A stretch of DNA of 63,479 nt, counting the filler, from Collodictyon triciliatum (taxonomy: Eukaryota): NCBI GenBank assembly GCA_043381765.1. It is 5 parts of 5 records of this genome, joined end to end, with 100 filler letters (N's around TTAATTAATTAA, not from the genome) between each part and the next. Parts side by side here need not be neighbours in the genome. Positions count along the whole stretch, not along the records: positions 1 to 15,056 come from JBHJMP010001730.1; positions 15,157 to 25,113 come from JBHJMP010001732.1; positions 25,214 to 40,255 come from JBHJMP010001733.1; 2 more parts are not named here. The stretch is one strand, 5' to 3'. Of the stretch, positions 12,301 to 25,763 are shown in pieces. The notes under the pieces are model-generated. The model was not told the DNA's origin. It made no database searches and saw nothing but the letters and a program-made list of their open reading frames with translations. Each line of letters opens with the position of its first letter. Within the stretch, counting starts at the first letter, position 1. The translations under genes were made by a program, and so were the position numbers.

Positions 12301-14872
12301 AATTTAAACATCCACAGTTTAAAGGGATATATGTATTAAAACGAGTGCTTCGAGTGTCTAAAAGTCATTTAAAAAGGTTTTAGGAAGTCAAGTGTTCTCT
12401 TATCCACGATAATTTATTTAACAAATAAGAATTAGAATAATAATAATAATAATAATAATAATTTATTCAACAAAAAATATTATTAATTTGGTCAGTGGAA
12501 CCTCAGCTGCACGTCCTTGATATTTCTAAGCTCTGAAATAAAATTATTCATTCTCCGTGTAATATCATCTATCTCTTTTTGTCTCTTCGTTACAAACTTG
12601 TAAATATTATCCCGTTTTTCTTTGTGCCTCTCGGTCCGGTTCTAGAATAGAAATAGAAAGATATATAAGGAAAATTCAAAAAAAGAAAAGACGAGGCCTT
12701 CATAGCATCTGACTATACGACTTCATAAGTTAATTCTTGATGTGGTTTGTAAAAGTGTGAAACTATATTTCAACTTACATCTTCGTTAATGACCGAAAAC
12801 TTCTCGGAGGGTTGTAAGAAAAACAGGAATTAATCAAACAGTTATTTGATTAAAAAAAAACCAATCTAAATTTTTACTTTGATGTTTGCTTCCGGAGCTG
12901 AATCTCGGTTGTGGTAGGAGTAATCATATTCTCTTAAGTAAGGTATTGTTTGCTTGATTAACTGTGTGTACAATAAGATTTATTATTAATATATTTCATT
13001 GTTCTAGGGGTCACAATCCGCTTCGTTTTATTTCTCAACAATATCCTTTAAATAGAATAAAGGGAAGACATTCTCAGCAATCTTATTTATTTCGGACTTG
13101 ATTTCAATGATGTATTATACGAGAAAGTATAGCTTAATATAGTACCGCTGATAATTGTTCTGCTTTTGATAAACTATGTAGCTTTGCTGATGTTATATTA
13201 AGGTCTATCATACGACTGATAACCTTACTTTTCATATTACAATACCTGGACATTATGTTTCATTTTATTCAAAAAAAATTAAGTAGGAGTAACGAATAAG
13301 ATGTGGTGAGTGAAATTGTATAGAACTATCCGAAGCTGCATGACGTTAAGGATATGGTAATAATACATACATTTTTCTTTTCAAAACCAAAACTTGTGAA
13401 TTAATTCTAATTTCCTCGGTAATCTCTTTCCCGTCAAGATAACGTAATTGTGATGTAAAATTGACCATGTATGGGAAATAATAATTAGATTTGCATATTG
13501 GGTTGGACCCATGGTTTGGATCGCAAAGGCTCAAAGAAGTGAGGTTTGATAAGCAGGAAAACGATTCGCTGTCATCATGATGGCATAGGAGGTTGGCAGA
13601 TAGGTTTATCCCCTGATATTTTTGTGTTAATTTTTTTGTCAGTATTACCTATTCGGAATGATTGGTATAAAAATCAGATTTAAAATATATGTTTATTAAT
13701 CTTTATATTTTAATAATGGTTCCAATAATGTGTCAAATATCCAACACTAATTACGATGACGATGATAATGATGTTGATGTTGATGTTGATGATGTTGTTG
13801 ATGGTGATGAAAGTCATAATTAATCATCGATAATCATACTTGTAAAGATATTAAATTATCTAATGCTTTTCCTATGTGCCGAATGCAGTTACTTGCTAAA
13901 TTTAATTCCCTTAAATTTCTTAATCCATCTAAATCCTCAATGCACTTTATCTCTATAAAAAAAATCTTACTTAAATACTTTCTTTTAAAACGTAGCAGAA
14001 TAAGAAATAATGAATGTATATTCATATACTCCTTCGGTGATATGTTAAGGGTATTTTGATACCATTTTCATGTAAATAGAGACTTTCTAAGAGTGTCAAT
14101 TTCGATATATTTTCGATTTTCAGAATTCTGTTTCCTGACCTGATTTTTTTTTGCATGAGTATATTAAAAGGTTAGCAAAGTATTATACTATTAGAGAATT
14201 GTATATGTTAGGTCTTCAGTGCATGATGGCTAGATTATTAGCATAAAGAATTGTAATATCGTATAAAGAATTATGGCACTACAAGTTTAATCTCTTCAAG
14301 TATTTGCAGTGGTCTAGTCCCTCTATTTTTGATACCTTGATGGTGTTGGATCAGAAAATTGAAACTTATTTTATAGAAAAATAGCAAATTTTATAACCTA
14401 GGGATATTAGTCAGGTTGTTATCACAGAGAAAATGCCAGGATGGTTGAATTGGGGTATAGCGTTACCAAGGTCTCTGAAAAAGTTAGACTTTCCAACGAT
14501 GTAATAGTGGATAGATGCTCCATTGTGTCAATTTGTTGTTGGACAATAGACAATGATCGAAGGTTTAAAAATTGATTAAAGCCCTGTAAACTTGATGTAT
14601 TGAACATGAACATTTCTAATTCTTCAATACTGGAGTTATGTTGAAGAAACTGCTCATCTGAGATACCATTAGCCTGGCACTTTATTTTTATGAGCATGTG
14701 AGAGTTTTTGATTAAATATAGCTAACCGTTTGCGTTGGGTAGATAATATCATTGAAATATATAAGCATGGCAAATTTGAAAGATAGAAAAGAACTCTTTG
14801 CAGAGATTTGGTGTTTTCGAGTATATTTTTGTTTTTATTCCAGTTACTTTTGGTTTGTATGCATTCATTCAT
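6051..14872 (-). CDS. LRRC9: Leucine-rich repeat protein 9-like (cilia-associated), about 28 introns
   Basis: N-terminal CQANGI, SDS22-type LRRs, LCDP..GSNPIC, KRKMYCNM, DLETGG, KQWFIFD...PEYYIEYEY motifs and C-terminal LRR blocks in LRRC9 order; start codon uncertain. Confidence 0.8.
9283..9465. repeat. Intronic (GAAA)n/(GAAAA)n microsatellite
   Basis: Direct tandem repeat inside an LRRC9 intron. Confidence 0.95.
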
Positions 14873-14904
14873 ATTATATTAAATAAATGATTTATATTTA
14901 TATT

Positions 14905-15056
14905 TTACTATTATTAGTAATAGTAGTATTATTAGTAGTATTACTAGTAGTAGTATTAGTAGTATTATTATTAGTATTATTATTAGTATTATTATTAGTA
15001 TTATTATTAGTATTATTATTAGTATTATTATTAGTATTATTATTAGTATTATTATT
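14905..15056. repeat. (TAT/TAG)n microsatellite at contig end
   Basis: Direct tandem repeat. Confidence 0.9.
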
Positions 15057-15156
15057 NNNNNNNNNNNNNNNNNNNNNNNNNNNNNNNNNNNNNNNNNNNN
15101 TTAATTAATTAANNNNNNNNNNNNNNNNNNNNNNNNNNNNNNNNNNNNNNNNNNNN
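15057..15156. other. Artificial contig linker N44-TTAATTAATTAA-N44
   Basis: Exactly 100 bp with stops in all six frames; recurs four times. Confidence 0.97.
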
Positions 15157-15238
15157 CCGTTGGTTTTTTTTTTGGGATTTAGGATTGATTTGTTAATTAA
15201 AAGAAAAAAAAAAAAAAAAAACTATTTTATTTATTCAG

Positions 15239-17054
15239 GTGTAGAAAAAATCAATGAATTGGAAAGAATGACTATCCAAAAACTTTTGTCAACACCTCTC
15301 TATAATGAAACTGAAGACTATGATGGCGCTGACGAAGGTTTCTCACTCGTCATTTAGTCTCCAATCAGCTTCGTTTATTATTTCCTCATATTATTAATGT
15401 ACACAACATGCTTTCTCAGTGCTGTTTCACAACACTCTCTTGTAACCAAGCTCAAAGTATTTGGGGCAAATATCTTAGAGCTAACCCTTAATAGTCGAAT
15501 CTAACCAACTGGCCTCCAAGAAGCAGCCCCAAGACAGAGAGCGAAATGGTGCAAGAGAAAGGAAAGAGAAAGTGACATTTTTTTTTCTATTTTATAATTT
15601 TTTGCACTGAGTGATTTCTGTCGTGTTATTCACATGTACTTGAATTCATTTGTTTATCTGTTGGAACTCTTATTACATAATAAGTTATACACTCAAACAC
15701 TGTTCCAAGGGCTCTGCGGCAAAACACTCTTCGAATGATGAGCTATCTTCAGATGAAAGCGAGAGCAGCGACGAAGATAACGATTCATCTGGACTAGATA
15801 CACGTTTGTTTGAATTCAAATTCTGGATTAGTATGTTGTATTCTATTTGTCTTACTTGTGCAAATTTCCATTAGCCAAAGCCCACGCCCAACCCATCGCA
15901 CCTTTGCGAACTTATAAGAGTACGAACAGATTTATTTCATATTGCAGGCACAAGATATCTCACCCGCATAATGAATAGCATATTTTATCCTGAATAGAAG
16001 TGCCAGATTCGCGTCTTTTCTTTCTTGCATTCAAACGTTGCTGTGAGCATAAACTGACATTGGGACTTTGTTCATTTGCATAGTTTCATTTTACGGAGAG
16101 GCGCCCGAAAGCGAGTTTCGCATTTCCAAGAGGCGTGAGAAAGGCGCCAGAGGCATCACACCCAGACTCAACCGAACACCAATACAGGAACAAACTCAAA
16201 CTCAAACCCAAACTCAAACCCAAACTCAAACCCAAACTCAAACCCAAACTCAAACCCAAACCCAAACTCAAACCCAAACTCAAACCCAGCCTCGAACCCA
16301 AACCCAAACTCAAACTCAAGCTCCGACTCAAACTCAAACCCAGCCTCAAACCCAAACTCAAACCCAAACTCAAACCCAGCCTCAAACTCAAACTCAAACT
16401 CAAACCCAAACTCAAACTCAAACCCTGCCTCAAACCCAAACTCAGCCTCAAACTCAGCCTCAAACTCAAGCTCCGACTCAGGCTCGGACACAACCTCAGC
16501 CACAGAAAAACAAGGATACCAAGTATGTACACTCATTGAATGCCTTTGATGCAACAGCCGCGTATGCCCGCACCAACCCGAAACCATCAAACTTAACAAA
16601 CAAATCCTCCTTTTTTGTTTCTTTTACCAATGCACGTCGATCGTTATGGTGAACACCAAACCAAAGACCGAGAAGGACACCAGATTCCACTGCTGTGAGT
16701 AAACACGCTTTTATCTAATTCGCCGCAATGACACCACGATACACACAAAAACCGAGATAGGCTTCTCTGGCCCATTCGCCGCTTCTTCTGTATCTATTTC
16801 TCGCTCACCCGTTTTCCAACTTTTTGCTGCGACCCACGCAGGGCAACATCGGCAAAGAAGCAGAGGCCTCGCCAAGCGATGCAGGTGGCTGGAGTCACAG
16901 CGCAAAGCCTCACGACCAGACGGGACTGCAACCCAGACAGCAGCAACAACTGCCTCCTGTGCACACAGCCGAGAGCATCGACCGCGCAGCAGTGAGGATT
17001 GCGTTGCGCTTGGTTTGGCCTTTTCTTCCCGCAGAGTACACAAAGGACTTCTAA
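15239..17054 (+). CDS. Hypothetical low-complexity protein with acidic Ser/Asp/Glu patch and (Gln-Thr)n repeat; 5'-partial, 3' end uncertain
   Basis: GT-AG-bounded exons (VEKINELERMTIQ..., SSDESESSDEDNDSS, VSFYGEAPESEF...QTQT..., GNIGKEAEAS...). Confidence 0.5.
16188..16500 (+). repeat. Coding hexamer repeat CAAAC(T/C) encoding QT/QP
   Basis: About 50 units, open frame within an exon. Confidence 0.9.
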
Positions 17055-17437
17055 CGAACGCTTGCATTTCCCCTTTCCCTGCCGCCAAGCACTCCGGTGT
17101 CTGTATACGCGCGCAGCTCCAATCGGTGGTGGTGTCTGGGAATAAACGCAGCTTCCGATTCCGTCGGTACCTGTTACCTGGCGAAGAGCTCGTGTCGTGC
17201 TTGCACAAGCGCCTACTAATTCGATTTGTTTCTTTTTCTTTTCTGTCGATAAGGGTTGTGTTTAAGTTGGGTTTTACTTGTGGGTGGCTCTCGGCATAAG
17301 AAAGGGGTGATGAAGGCAGCGATTTTCTGGAAGGAGAGAAAGAAATGGGGAAGGAAGGAGCAGAGAGACTTCCACCAACCGCGGGGTGAATGGCGGGCCC
17401 AACAAGCGCAGACTTCCTTTGGCCTCTTTTTCTCGCA

Positions 17438-20400
17438 TTAATTGGTCTGGGCCAGGAAGGCCTGGACAACGAGAAGCAGGTCCAGCGAGTAGGAGAGGGA
17501 GATGTCGGGCAGGGGATACTCCTCGCCAACGAACTCAACTATTTGGGAAAAGCAAAATGTAAATGAGGGAGGGAGACGAAGGACTGGCGATGGAGACGGG
17601 CTGCACTGCCGGGCCAACTCAAGACACAAGAAGCAGCACAGATGTGCAAATGAACAAGACTGATGAAGACGTACCAAGGCCGCCCATGTAGTTGTTGATG
17701 TCGTGCGATGGCTCGTAGGCGTCAGCATCCAAATAGTCGCTGATAAATCCAGCCAGGCCTTCTTCCAGCTCCTCGACATACCCTCCGGGCAGGGCTCGGA
17801 GATACTGGTCCAGCGACTGGCGTTGGGCGGCCTATGAAACAAAGGGACAATCCGGTGGTGAGTGTCTGAAAAGGAGCGAATCTGATAGTGGACGCGCTTT
17901 CAATTAATAACAATAACAATAACAATACCAATAACAATACCAATAACAATACCAATAACAATAATCGTAGCAACAACAAATAAAAGAAAATTTTTACAGA
18001 GAGCTTCTGCTTGTATGCCGGTGCTGTGCGGTTCTCCAGCGTAGAGTTTGCGATGTTGGACAGGTAGTGGAACAGGCCGCGAATGTGGCAAAGCTTGAAG
18101 CGCTCGAAACACTTTGGTGTGTTTGTCTCCATCAAGTTGCTCTGAAGGTACTGCACAAGAGAGGTCGACGGGTCTCCTCCAGTGAGTCGCAGCCAGTTGA
18201 GACAGTATTCCACTGTGCGCATCAATCGCTGCGCCTCAGGGATGTTTCGCTGAAGTCCCTCCGCACCCAAGTAGTTTGTCAGTTCTGGAGAGTTTGTGTG
18301 CACATGAGTGTATGTGTGTATATGTATGCGTATGTGAAGTGTGTAAACCCAGTGCAGTAAAGGCTTTTGCTATGGAAAGCCATAAAAGGAGAGTGAAATA
18401 TTTTGCTCAAGCAGCATGGTGCGCGTATTGTCTTGTATACAAGCAATCATCTGCTGTTTTTCTTGGCGGAAGTACAGTACAACTCCATGTATTTTTTTCT
18501 TTTTCATTTGCTGAAGTTTAAGGGTGGGTCAACATCTGTGTGGGAAACAAACCGGGTGTCAAGTTAAGCTGAGGAATCTTTGTGGCAACCACTTCGACAG
18601 TGTCCGAGATGTGAGCTTCGTTGGCAAAGCGGAATGACCTGGTAACAAACAACTGTTAGGCATCTCTCATTTTAGCACAAAGCCCAAACGAGTATCCATA
18701 CAACACGCTCTTCAATTACGATGTCGGGGAATGGCAAAGAGTAATTGAGCCTTTCAAAATATGATACTAATCGATTGAATATTGAACATGATCCGGATAT
18801 CACCCAGACATTAACATACACCCGCATGCCCTTGAGAGATCTTTTATGTCTGATAGAGGAAATAAATACTACTTACGGTAGTGTAGGTGGATTACGCTCA
18901 TCTTTTCCGATGAAGGGCTTATTGTCAAAGTACATCAAGAATAGTTGGTGTTCCAGCGTATCATAATCAAAGTTGATAGTGGTACCCTCTCCGTAATTGT
19001 AGGAAAGATTTGAGCATTTGTGGAGTAACGAAATCAGATTGTGAAGGATTTGTGAGTTATGATGATAATCAAGGTCGATGATTTCCGACGTGGACACTTG
19101 CTCCAGATCGACACTCCAGCTGGCGCGGTTAATCTTCGGCTGTAATAGAAAGAAAGAAATAAGTTTTTGACAGATCATATTGCATCGACCAGGAATGTAA
19201 AGCACCATGTCCAATCATCTCGAAAATTCAATTAATCAGAATGCAAAACTTGTGAGGTCGGGGAATTCATATGGAAAACAAGGAATATGTAAAAGATGTT
19301 TACCTGGCCTGTTACTGGGTCAATCTCAGAAATCTTATTGGTCATCTGCTCCTGAATCTAAACGAGAAGCTTCATTAGTCTGCAGCCCAGAATGTGGCTC
19401 TTGATTTGGTTCTTTGTTTTTACCTTTGGAAGCATCACTTTGTTTAGTATCTGGTTCTGGAGCGAGACCATGACTTTGATGATTTCCATGGGAATACGGC
19501 CTTCGTGTGAGGAGTTTGTCAATGCGAATACAATTGGAGTCTGCAAAAGATAGCAGGGATGGGTTAGTAGGCCAATGAAATTCGCAACGTGGAGACTCTA
19601 TTCCATGGGTGAATGGGATTACAATCAATTAGGAATCCTCGAAACTGCATGGCAAGTACAGCGTACCTTCTCGTCCATCGGGGGAACACGGACGTTACCA
19701 TTTTCCTTGCGGAGCGTATCTTCGACGACACCGCGGATGTTATTCCATCCTCTGCAGAATTCCTTGAATGTGACAGCGTATGTGTTGAGAGTATTTTCGC
19801 TTGAGAGGAGAGAAAGGGCATCACCCATAGTCTTCCCACGGGCTTCATCTCTGGTCAAGCGCTTGTCATACAGATTATGTAGCGATTTCATCCAACAAAC
19901 CATGCTTGGGAGATATCTGGTTGGGTATTTGCAGCCATATGAGGATGTTTGCATAAGTATATGCTTTTTACAATAACAATAACAAAAAAAAAAAATAGTA
20001 TTTGATACACCATTAAACTTTTTGTTTCTTTTTGCGACCGAAATCAAAACCAAAGTTTTACCGGAGGGATAAAATATGCTCGTCACATTCGAGAAGAGTG
20101 CTGAGAGAGACGTATTGAGCAGCAGAAGGTGGTGCCTTTGTGTACTGGGAAACAAAGAGGTCCAGGATATTCAATCGGACACGGAATGCAAGGGGCAAAC
20201 TGTCCTTGATGAATTCGGGGTGCTCGGCGTCGGATGCCAGCAAATTGTCTTCCATGTCATTGCAGAAGCGCTCATTCATCTTTTGCACGGCATTGATGAC
20301 AACGCGGCCTTCTGCCACACCTTCGTTGGGGTCCTTGGCAAAGCGGTCAAGGCAGGAAGTGAGGAGGTACTTCTCAAACTTCTCGCGAAGCTTGTAGGTA

Positions 20401-23400
20401 ACAAGTGTCGAGTAGTTTTCTGATGTATCGTTGCCTAAGTGGCGAAGGGTCATGTGCAAGATGACGGCAATGTCCTCGTCACTCTTCTTTGTGATTTCAC
20501 GCAACACAATCCAGTCAGCGCTCAGATGCTTGAAGAGAGTTTCAGTGTCGGAGGCACCACGGATATTGAGAGGCTTACGAATGGCCGACATGAAAAGAAC
20601 AGCGTTCAAGATGAAGCGAATGACACGGAATGAAATCGGGTGCAGATTCTTCTCAGTGTAAGTCTTTGAACTTATAATGGAGAATGGCACTTCATAACCC
20701 TTTGGTGAACGCTCGGTGAGGTCGGAAATGTACGCGCGCTCGGCCTTGTAAGGGAATGGCGCGGTGTCGCCGTCACGCATCACGCGACGATGACCAGTCA
20801 GCTGTAATTTGTTTTTACAAAGCAAATATAAAAAAAAAAGTAGTGTTATTGAAAGAGTGTCTGAATACGTTGCATAAAACTATGTAATCAAGGTATTATC
20901 ATGTATGAGCCTTTGACACTCAATAATCTCAGCATAGAATCTCAAGTAATAAGGTCAAATGTACAGGAATATGTCCAGTTCCTCCTGTGTCTTCGTTTCC
21001 GCACTCTTGGCAACGAACAACTTCGTACGGCCAGGTACAATTCCACACATTGTATAGGCACCCATTGGGAGAGACATATACACCATATCCAGTAGTCATA
21101 AGGCGAGCTAGGTGGAACATTATTCGGTTATATTTTGAAATGCATGCATAGTTCAAGACAAATATCTATGAGTATCATAGTCGTAGTGACGATAAGGGAG
21201 GTTATTGATTAATAATTGCGTCTAAAAAAAAAAACTTTTGATTATTTACGCTCTAATTACCAGCTTCCTTTTTGCGGGGGTCGTCTGGCATGGAGACCCA
21301 ATAGCTGTCCATCACGGAGTCGGGCTCGTTGATCAACTTCAAGAATGGGGTGGCGTTTTCTGAAACAGAAATTACGCTGGCAAAGATATGGGCTAACACT
21401 GCAGTGAGGTATGCGTAGAAATGTGGGTAGTTGGGCTTGCAAACGAGCTCTGCTATCGGTAGCTTGTTCTCAACAAACAGAAGCAACAGGTCCTTTTGGA
21501 ATTGAGGCCAAGGCAAGTCTTGGATATATTGGACGATTTCGGCTGTGGTAAACTTGCGAGCGTGCTCGTCGATAGCTCCATATCGAAGGAAGANNNNNNN
21601 NNNNNNNNNNNNNNNNNNNNNNNNNNNNNNNNNNNNNNNNNNNNNNNNNNNNNNNNNNNNNNNNNNNNNNNNNNNNNNNNNNNNNNNNNNNNNNNNNNNN
21701 NNNNNNNNNNNNNNNNNNNNNNNNNNNNNNNNNNNNNNNNNNNNNNNNNNNNNNNNNNNNNNNNNNNNNNNNNNNNNNNNNCACACACACACACAGAACG
21801 GTATAAGAAAAATTAAGAGGAAAGAAAGACAAAGAAGGAGGTGAGAAGGAAAAGGGTGATAATTACGCGGTCATAAATGGCCAGGGTGAATGCCCTCTTG
21901 AAAGACATGCTGTTCTTTTCTTCAGCAGAGTACTCTGGGAACTGGCCTGTCTTTCCAGAAAGAGAAAACTCGAGACAATCGACAATCTTGGAGTAAAACA
22001 GGTTGTGACTCTCGATTTGCTGCTTGGCGTTGGTAAGATGGGAGAAGGGAATAGCAATCGGGACGTCACTGGCGCTCTGTTGTCCGAGAGTTCGGACCAT
22101 TTCAGAGTTTGATAGGGCAGTATGCTTCTGGAGCAAAAGAAGGATGATTGTGCGCGAGAGTTGGAACCCGCCCTTACTGTAGAGCCTCTTGATAAAGTAT
22201 TTGATGAGAGCAGAGAAGTAAATGCCCTCAGCTCCAGGCAGCGTCATTCCAAAGAGAGTCATGTATTCCTCAGAAATGGACTGAACCTCGCGGAACTCCA
22301 AAACAATATCAGATGCCAAGGTGTCGTACAAGTGCTTTCTGAATGCGATGTTCTCCAGCACATCAATCATGGAGTCGCATGAGGAGAGAGGATTCTCCTT
22401 AACAAAATCGATGTAAACCTGGCTGTTCTCGTAGTGGAGCTCTGAGATGAAGTCCTGGAAGGTTTCGATGTAGAGAGCCGCAAGGGGGCATGATATAGAA
22501 GCAAGTGGGGCAAGCAGTGTCTTTGCCTTTGACCTCCATTGGCTGTTGGCCCAGTTATTTCCTTCTAGTTGTAGGACTCTGTCAAAGATGGATGTGCGGA
22601 TTGATTCTGTGACAAAGATGCCAGAATTGACGAGGCGGCTGTCACTGTTGAAGACAACACGGGATATTTCATCCAGAAGGAAATCATCGGTGATATTTGT
22701 ATTGAGGAAGAGTGAGCGCGCTGAATCAAGGAACATTCTTTCGATGCAAGAGTTTTCAAGAGCAAAGTCCTTCTTCACAGAGACGCAGAAGGTAATAAGC
22801 TCCTCCCACAGCTCAAATGACTGGAAGTGTGATGGGTCGGTGATGGTGGATTTCAGGGTGCTGATAAACTCTTCAATTCGGCTGCGTACAAGTTCATTGC
22901 CTGAATTTGAAATCAGAATTTGGGACAGCTGCAGTAGGCGGTACCTCACAGTGACATCAACAATTCCCTGGTCATCAGACGATATGGCAATCTCGTCGCT
23001 TTCGATTCTCTTCTTTTCCAAGTTGAGGATATTGACCAGCTTTCCGAGCTTCTCAAACAAAGCATGGTTTTCGTGAGAAAGGATTGTCTCGTCGCCGAGA
23101 ACAGCCAACAAGATTCGCACCTCCAGGTCAAGCATGCTGTCAGGCTCCTCCGAGCGAATAATGTCGTAGATGCGTGCCAGCGACTCGAGGGGAACAAACG
23201 AAAAGACTTGGTTCAGCTCGCGCAGGAAAGTTTCGTGGTACCATGAAATGACATGGACTGTGTGCACATAGCGGATGGACTTGAGCAGCTGCAAGGCAGT
23301 CTCAAAGAACTCCAACATGATGTTTGAAATGCTTTCACGCACTTCCTCGTCCTTGTGAATGGAAAGGTACTCGAGTGAGTGCACGTAGTCGATGAGATAC

Positions 23401-24930
23401 AGATTGGTGAAGGGGTCCAGTTCGTCTGCGTGGATGTTGTATAGGAATGGGAAGGACAGGCGGCAGAGACCCTCAAGTGCGACGATGCATTGATTCATTT
23501 TTTTGTTGGTGTCGATGATGGACCCAACCTCGCCGCGGTATCCTTCGATGGACGAAGCGATGAATGTGCTGAACGGGAAAACCAGCCTGCTCCCCACATG
23601 GAGCAACCTCTTGGATACACCCAAGGCAACCTGGCCTTTCGTGTTGCCCGCCTCGAGTCTCCAAAGAGGGTCGTACGAAAGGAAAGACAGCCAAATGTCG
23701 TGAGTGGATTGCTTCAGGCTTGGTTGTTCGTTCGACTGCAGGAGGAGGAGATTGCGTCCGTAGCAGGATATGTCCAAGAGATGAGACAGCTCGGTGTAGA
23801 ATGCCTCGCGCAGCTTCTCAAACATGGCGTTTCGCAAGCAGCCCTCCTTCTCGAGCAGCTTGATATCCTGGGCATCGGTAGGGCTCCACAAACTTGAGCC
23901 GAGGAAAGTGGATGTCTTGTTTTTGAGAGCAGTGATGAGTCTGTGCAGGAACTTGGCGCGGAAGGATTCATCCCCTCCTCGGCGGAAGAGCTCTCCGAAC
24001 AGCTGGATTTGCTCGGTCAAGTGTGAGCCCATCTGCGTGGCTGAAAGGGGCATGGCACGAGCGTATTCCTTCTCAACAAGCACTTCAAAGTTCATAATGT
24101 TTGAATCGCTGATGGCCTGTGAAACCGTCTTTTGCACCAGAGATGAAAGCTCTGGAATACCGTCGATATATCCAGGAAGCAGCGTATCAAGGTAGATGTG
24201 GGTCCATGTCCGGTCAAATATGGTGGATGCCTCGGTTTTCTTTTGGTCCTTTGTCTCAAGTGCATTTGCCCTCTCTGCACGCTTCGAACGGCGCGGGACG
24301 TAGTGAATGAGAATGATGTGCTTCTTTGAAGGGTTGTGGCAAGTTAGCTGCTTCTCCAAGTAGATAAATCTGAAGTGGTCCAGTCGTTCTAATGAGCAGT
24401 ACGATGCTTGGAATCCAACAATAAGATAACTCTCTTCCTGCTTGTTGAAGAAATCTCCAAGGCATGTATTGAGTGCTTGTTCTGTCAGGAGGCAACCCAG
24501 GTCCAGGGTGTCGACGGTCCAATGGAACTTGCGCTCTAGAGTTTGCTTCACAACGTCCAGGCCAGACCCAAGCGCGTGGGTCCAGACAGAAAGGTGAAGT
24601 CCGTTGGACTTTGTGTGAGGGAAGCTCTTCTCCACTCCATGCTCGCCAATATAGGACATCAAGTCAACAAGATTTTGGTGAGATTGTTTGTCAAAGTATA
24701 TGTCTCGGACTGGCAGGTTGGCAATCTCGAGCTCACTCCCGAGGTTCAAGGCCCATTCTGGCTTGGCAATCCAGATGAGAAGCTTCATGGAATGGGCAAA
24801 GATGTCCTCCGGTGTCTCTGCGATAGTACTTGCGCACAAGACAAGGGACTGGAATATTCCATCGTGGTAGCCAGCGAATACTATTTCGGGGCTCCACTCG
24901 CGACTCTTGACGTGCTGAGAGACCCAATTC
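17438..24930 (-). CDS. RNF213: RNF213/mysterin-like E3 ligase, C-terminal part (late AAA/E3 core, RZ finger, CTD); 5'-partial
   Basis: 3-kb exon with KHIILIHYVPR/WTHIYLDTL and FPFS motifs; RZ-type finger PNG..C..CQECG..GG..H; C-terminal motifs YLP..WMK, YNYGEG..FDYD.LE, TGGDP..L..Y, LCHI.GL match the RNF213 order; N gap 21594-21781. Confidence 0.8.
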
Positions 24931-25014
24931 TAAACGGTGAGGGGTGCATTATGAGACTGACTATGCCGTATCGATATTCGATGCGAGTGTGTATAATCAT
25001 AAAGATAAACATAA

Positions 25015-25113
25015 AGGTGAAGGTGAAGGTGAAGGTGAAGGTGAAGGTGAAGGTGAAGGTGAAGGTGAAGGTGAAGGTGAAGGTGAAGGTGAAGGTGAAG
25101 GTGAAGGTGAAGG
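25015..25113. repeat. (GGTGAA)n intronic microsatellite at contig end
   Basis: Perfect hexamer array upstream (on the minus strand) of the RNF213 exon acceptor. Confidence 0.95.
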
Positions 25114-25213
25114 NNNNNNNNNNNNNNNNNNNNNNNNNNNNNNNNNNNNNNNNNNNNTTAATTAATTAANNNNNNNNNNNNNNNNNNNNNNNNNNNNNNN
25201 NNNNNNNNNNNNN
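25114..25213. other. Artificial contig linker
   Basis: N44-TTAATTAATTAA-N44. Confidence 0.97.
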
Positions 25214-25763
25214 CTTTGCCTTTTGGCAGGTTAGTGAATCATGCCGTATTAAGATAATAATTTATATTTGGAAAATTTAGCAATATACAATTAAATGCAG
25301 CATATGATCGACTAGGGGTCGTAAAACATATAATCTATCAGAATTTATGATAATCGATACGAATTATACTTGCGGAACCTTTAGGAACATTCTAGATTCA
25401 TCTTAATAAAAAAATATTATCTCGCACGACTTTTCCACGAAAAATCTAATTGTGGTAATGCACCACACAACATTTATTTTCCATATAAAAAGATATCCTC
25501 ATCGATTTGTCGATCATGTCGTTGTTTTCATAATGCACAAGCCAGAACAGCAGAAAGGACGGAGATGACAGATCAAGAGAGGGAATGGCCTGAAGCGTCT
25601 CGGCCAGAGAACCGCGGGTGCGGCTTGTAGGGGACGAGGGAAGGCTCACAAGACACCCAGACAACAGGCGAACGGACTCCGCGGCACCGAACTTGTCTCT
25701 TAAACTAAACAGCAGTTTGATCGATAGTTCCTGCAACTGGCCTACAGATAGCTGTATCCGACC

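Noticed and set aside
15101-15112. Recurrent TTAATTAATTAA palindrome as a biological motif
   Set aside because: Always centred in exactly 44+44 Ns; it is an assembly linker
16711-17538. 275-aa minus-strand ORF and the many plus-strand ORFs over 22100-25100 and 28500-28940
   Set aside because: Shadow or antisense frames of GC-rich real exons, with no motifs
25015-25113. (GGTGAA)n as a telomere
   Set aside because: Lies within an intron of a truncated gene, and the other contig ends have different repeats
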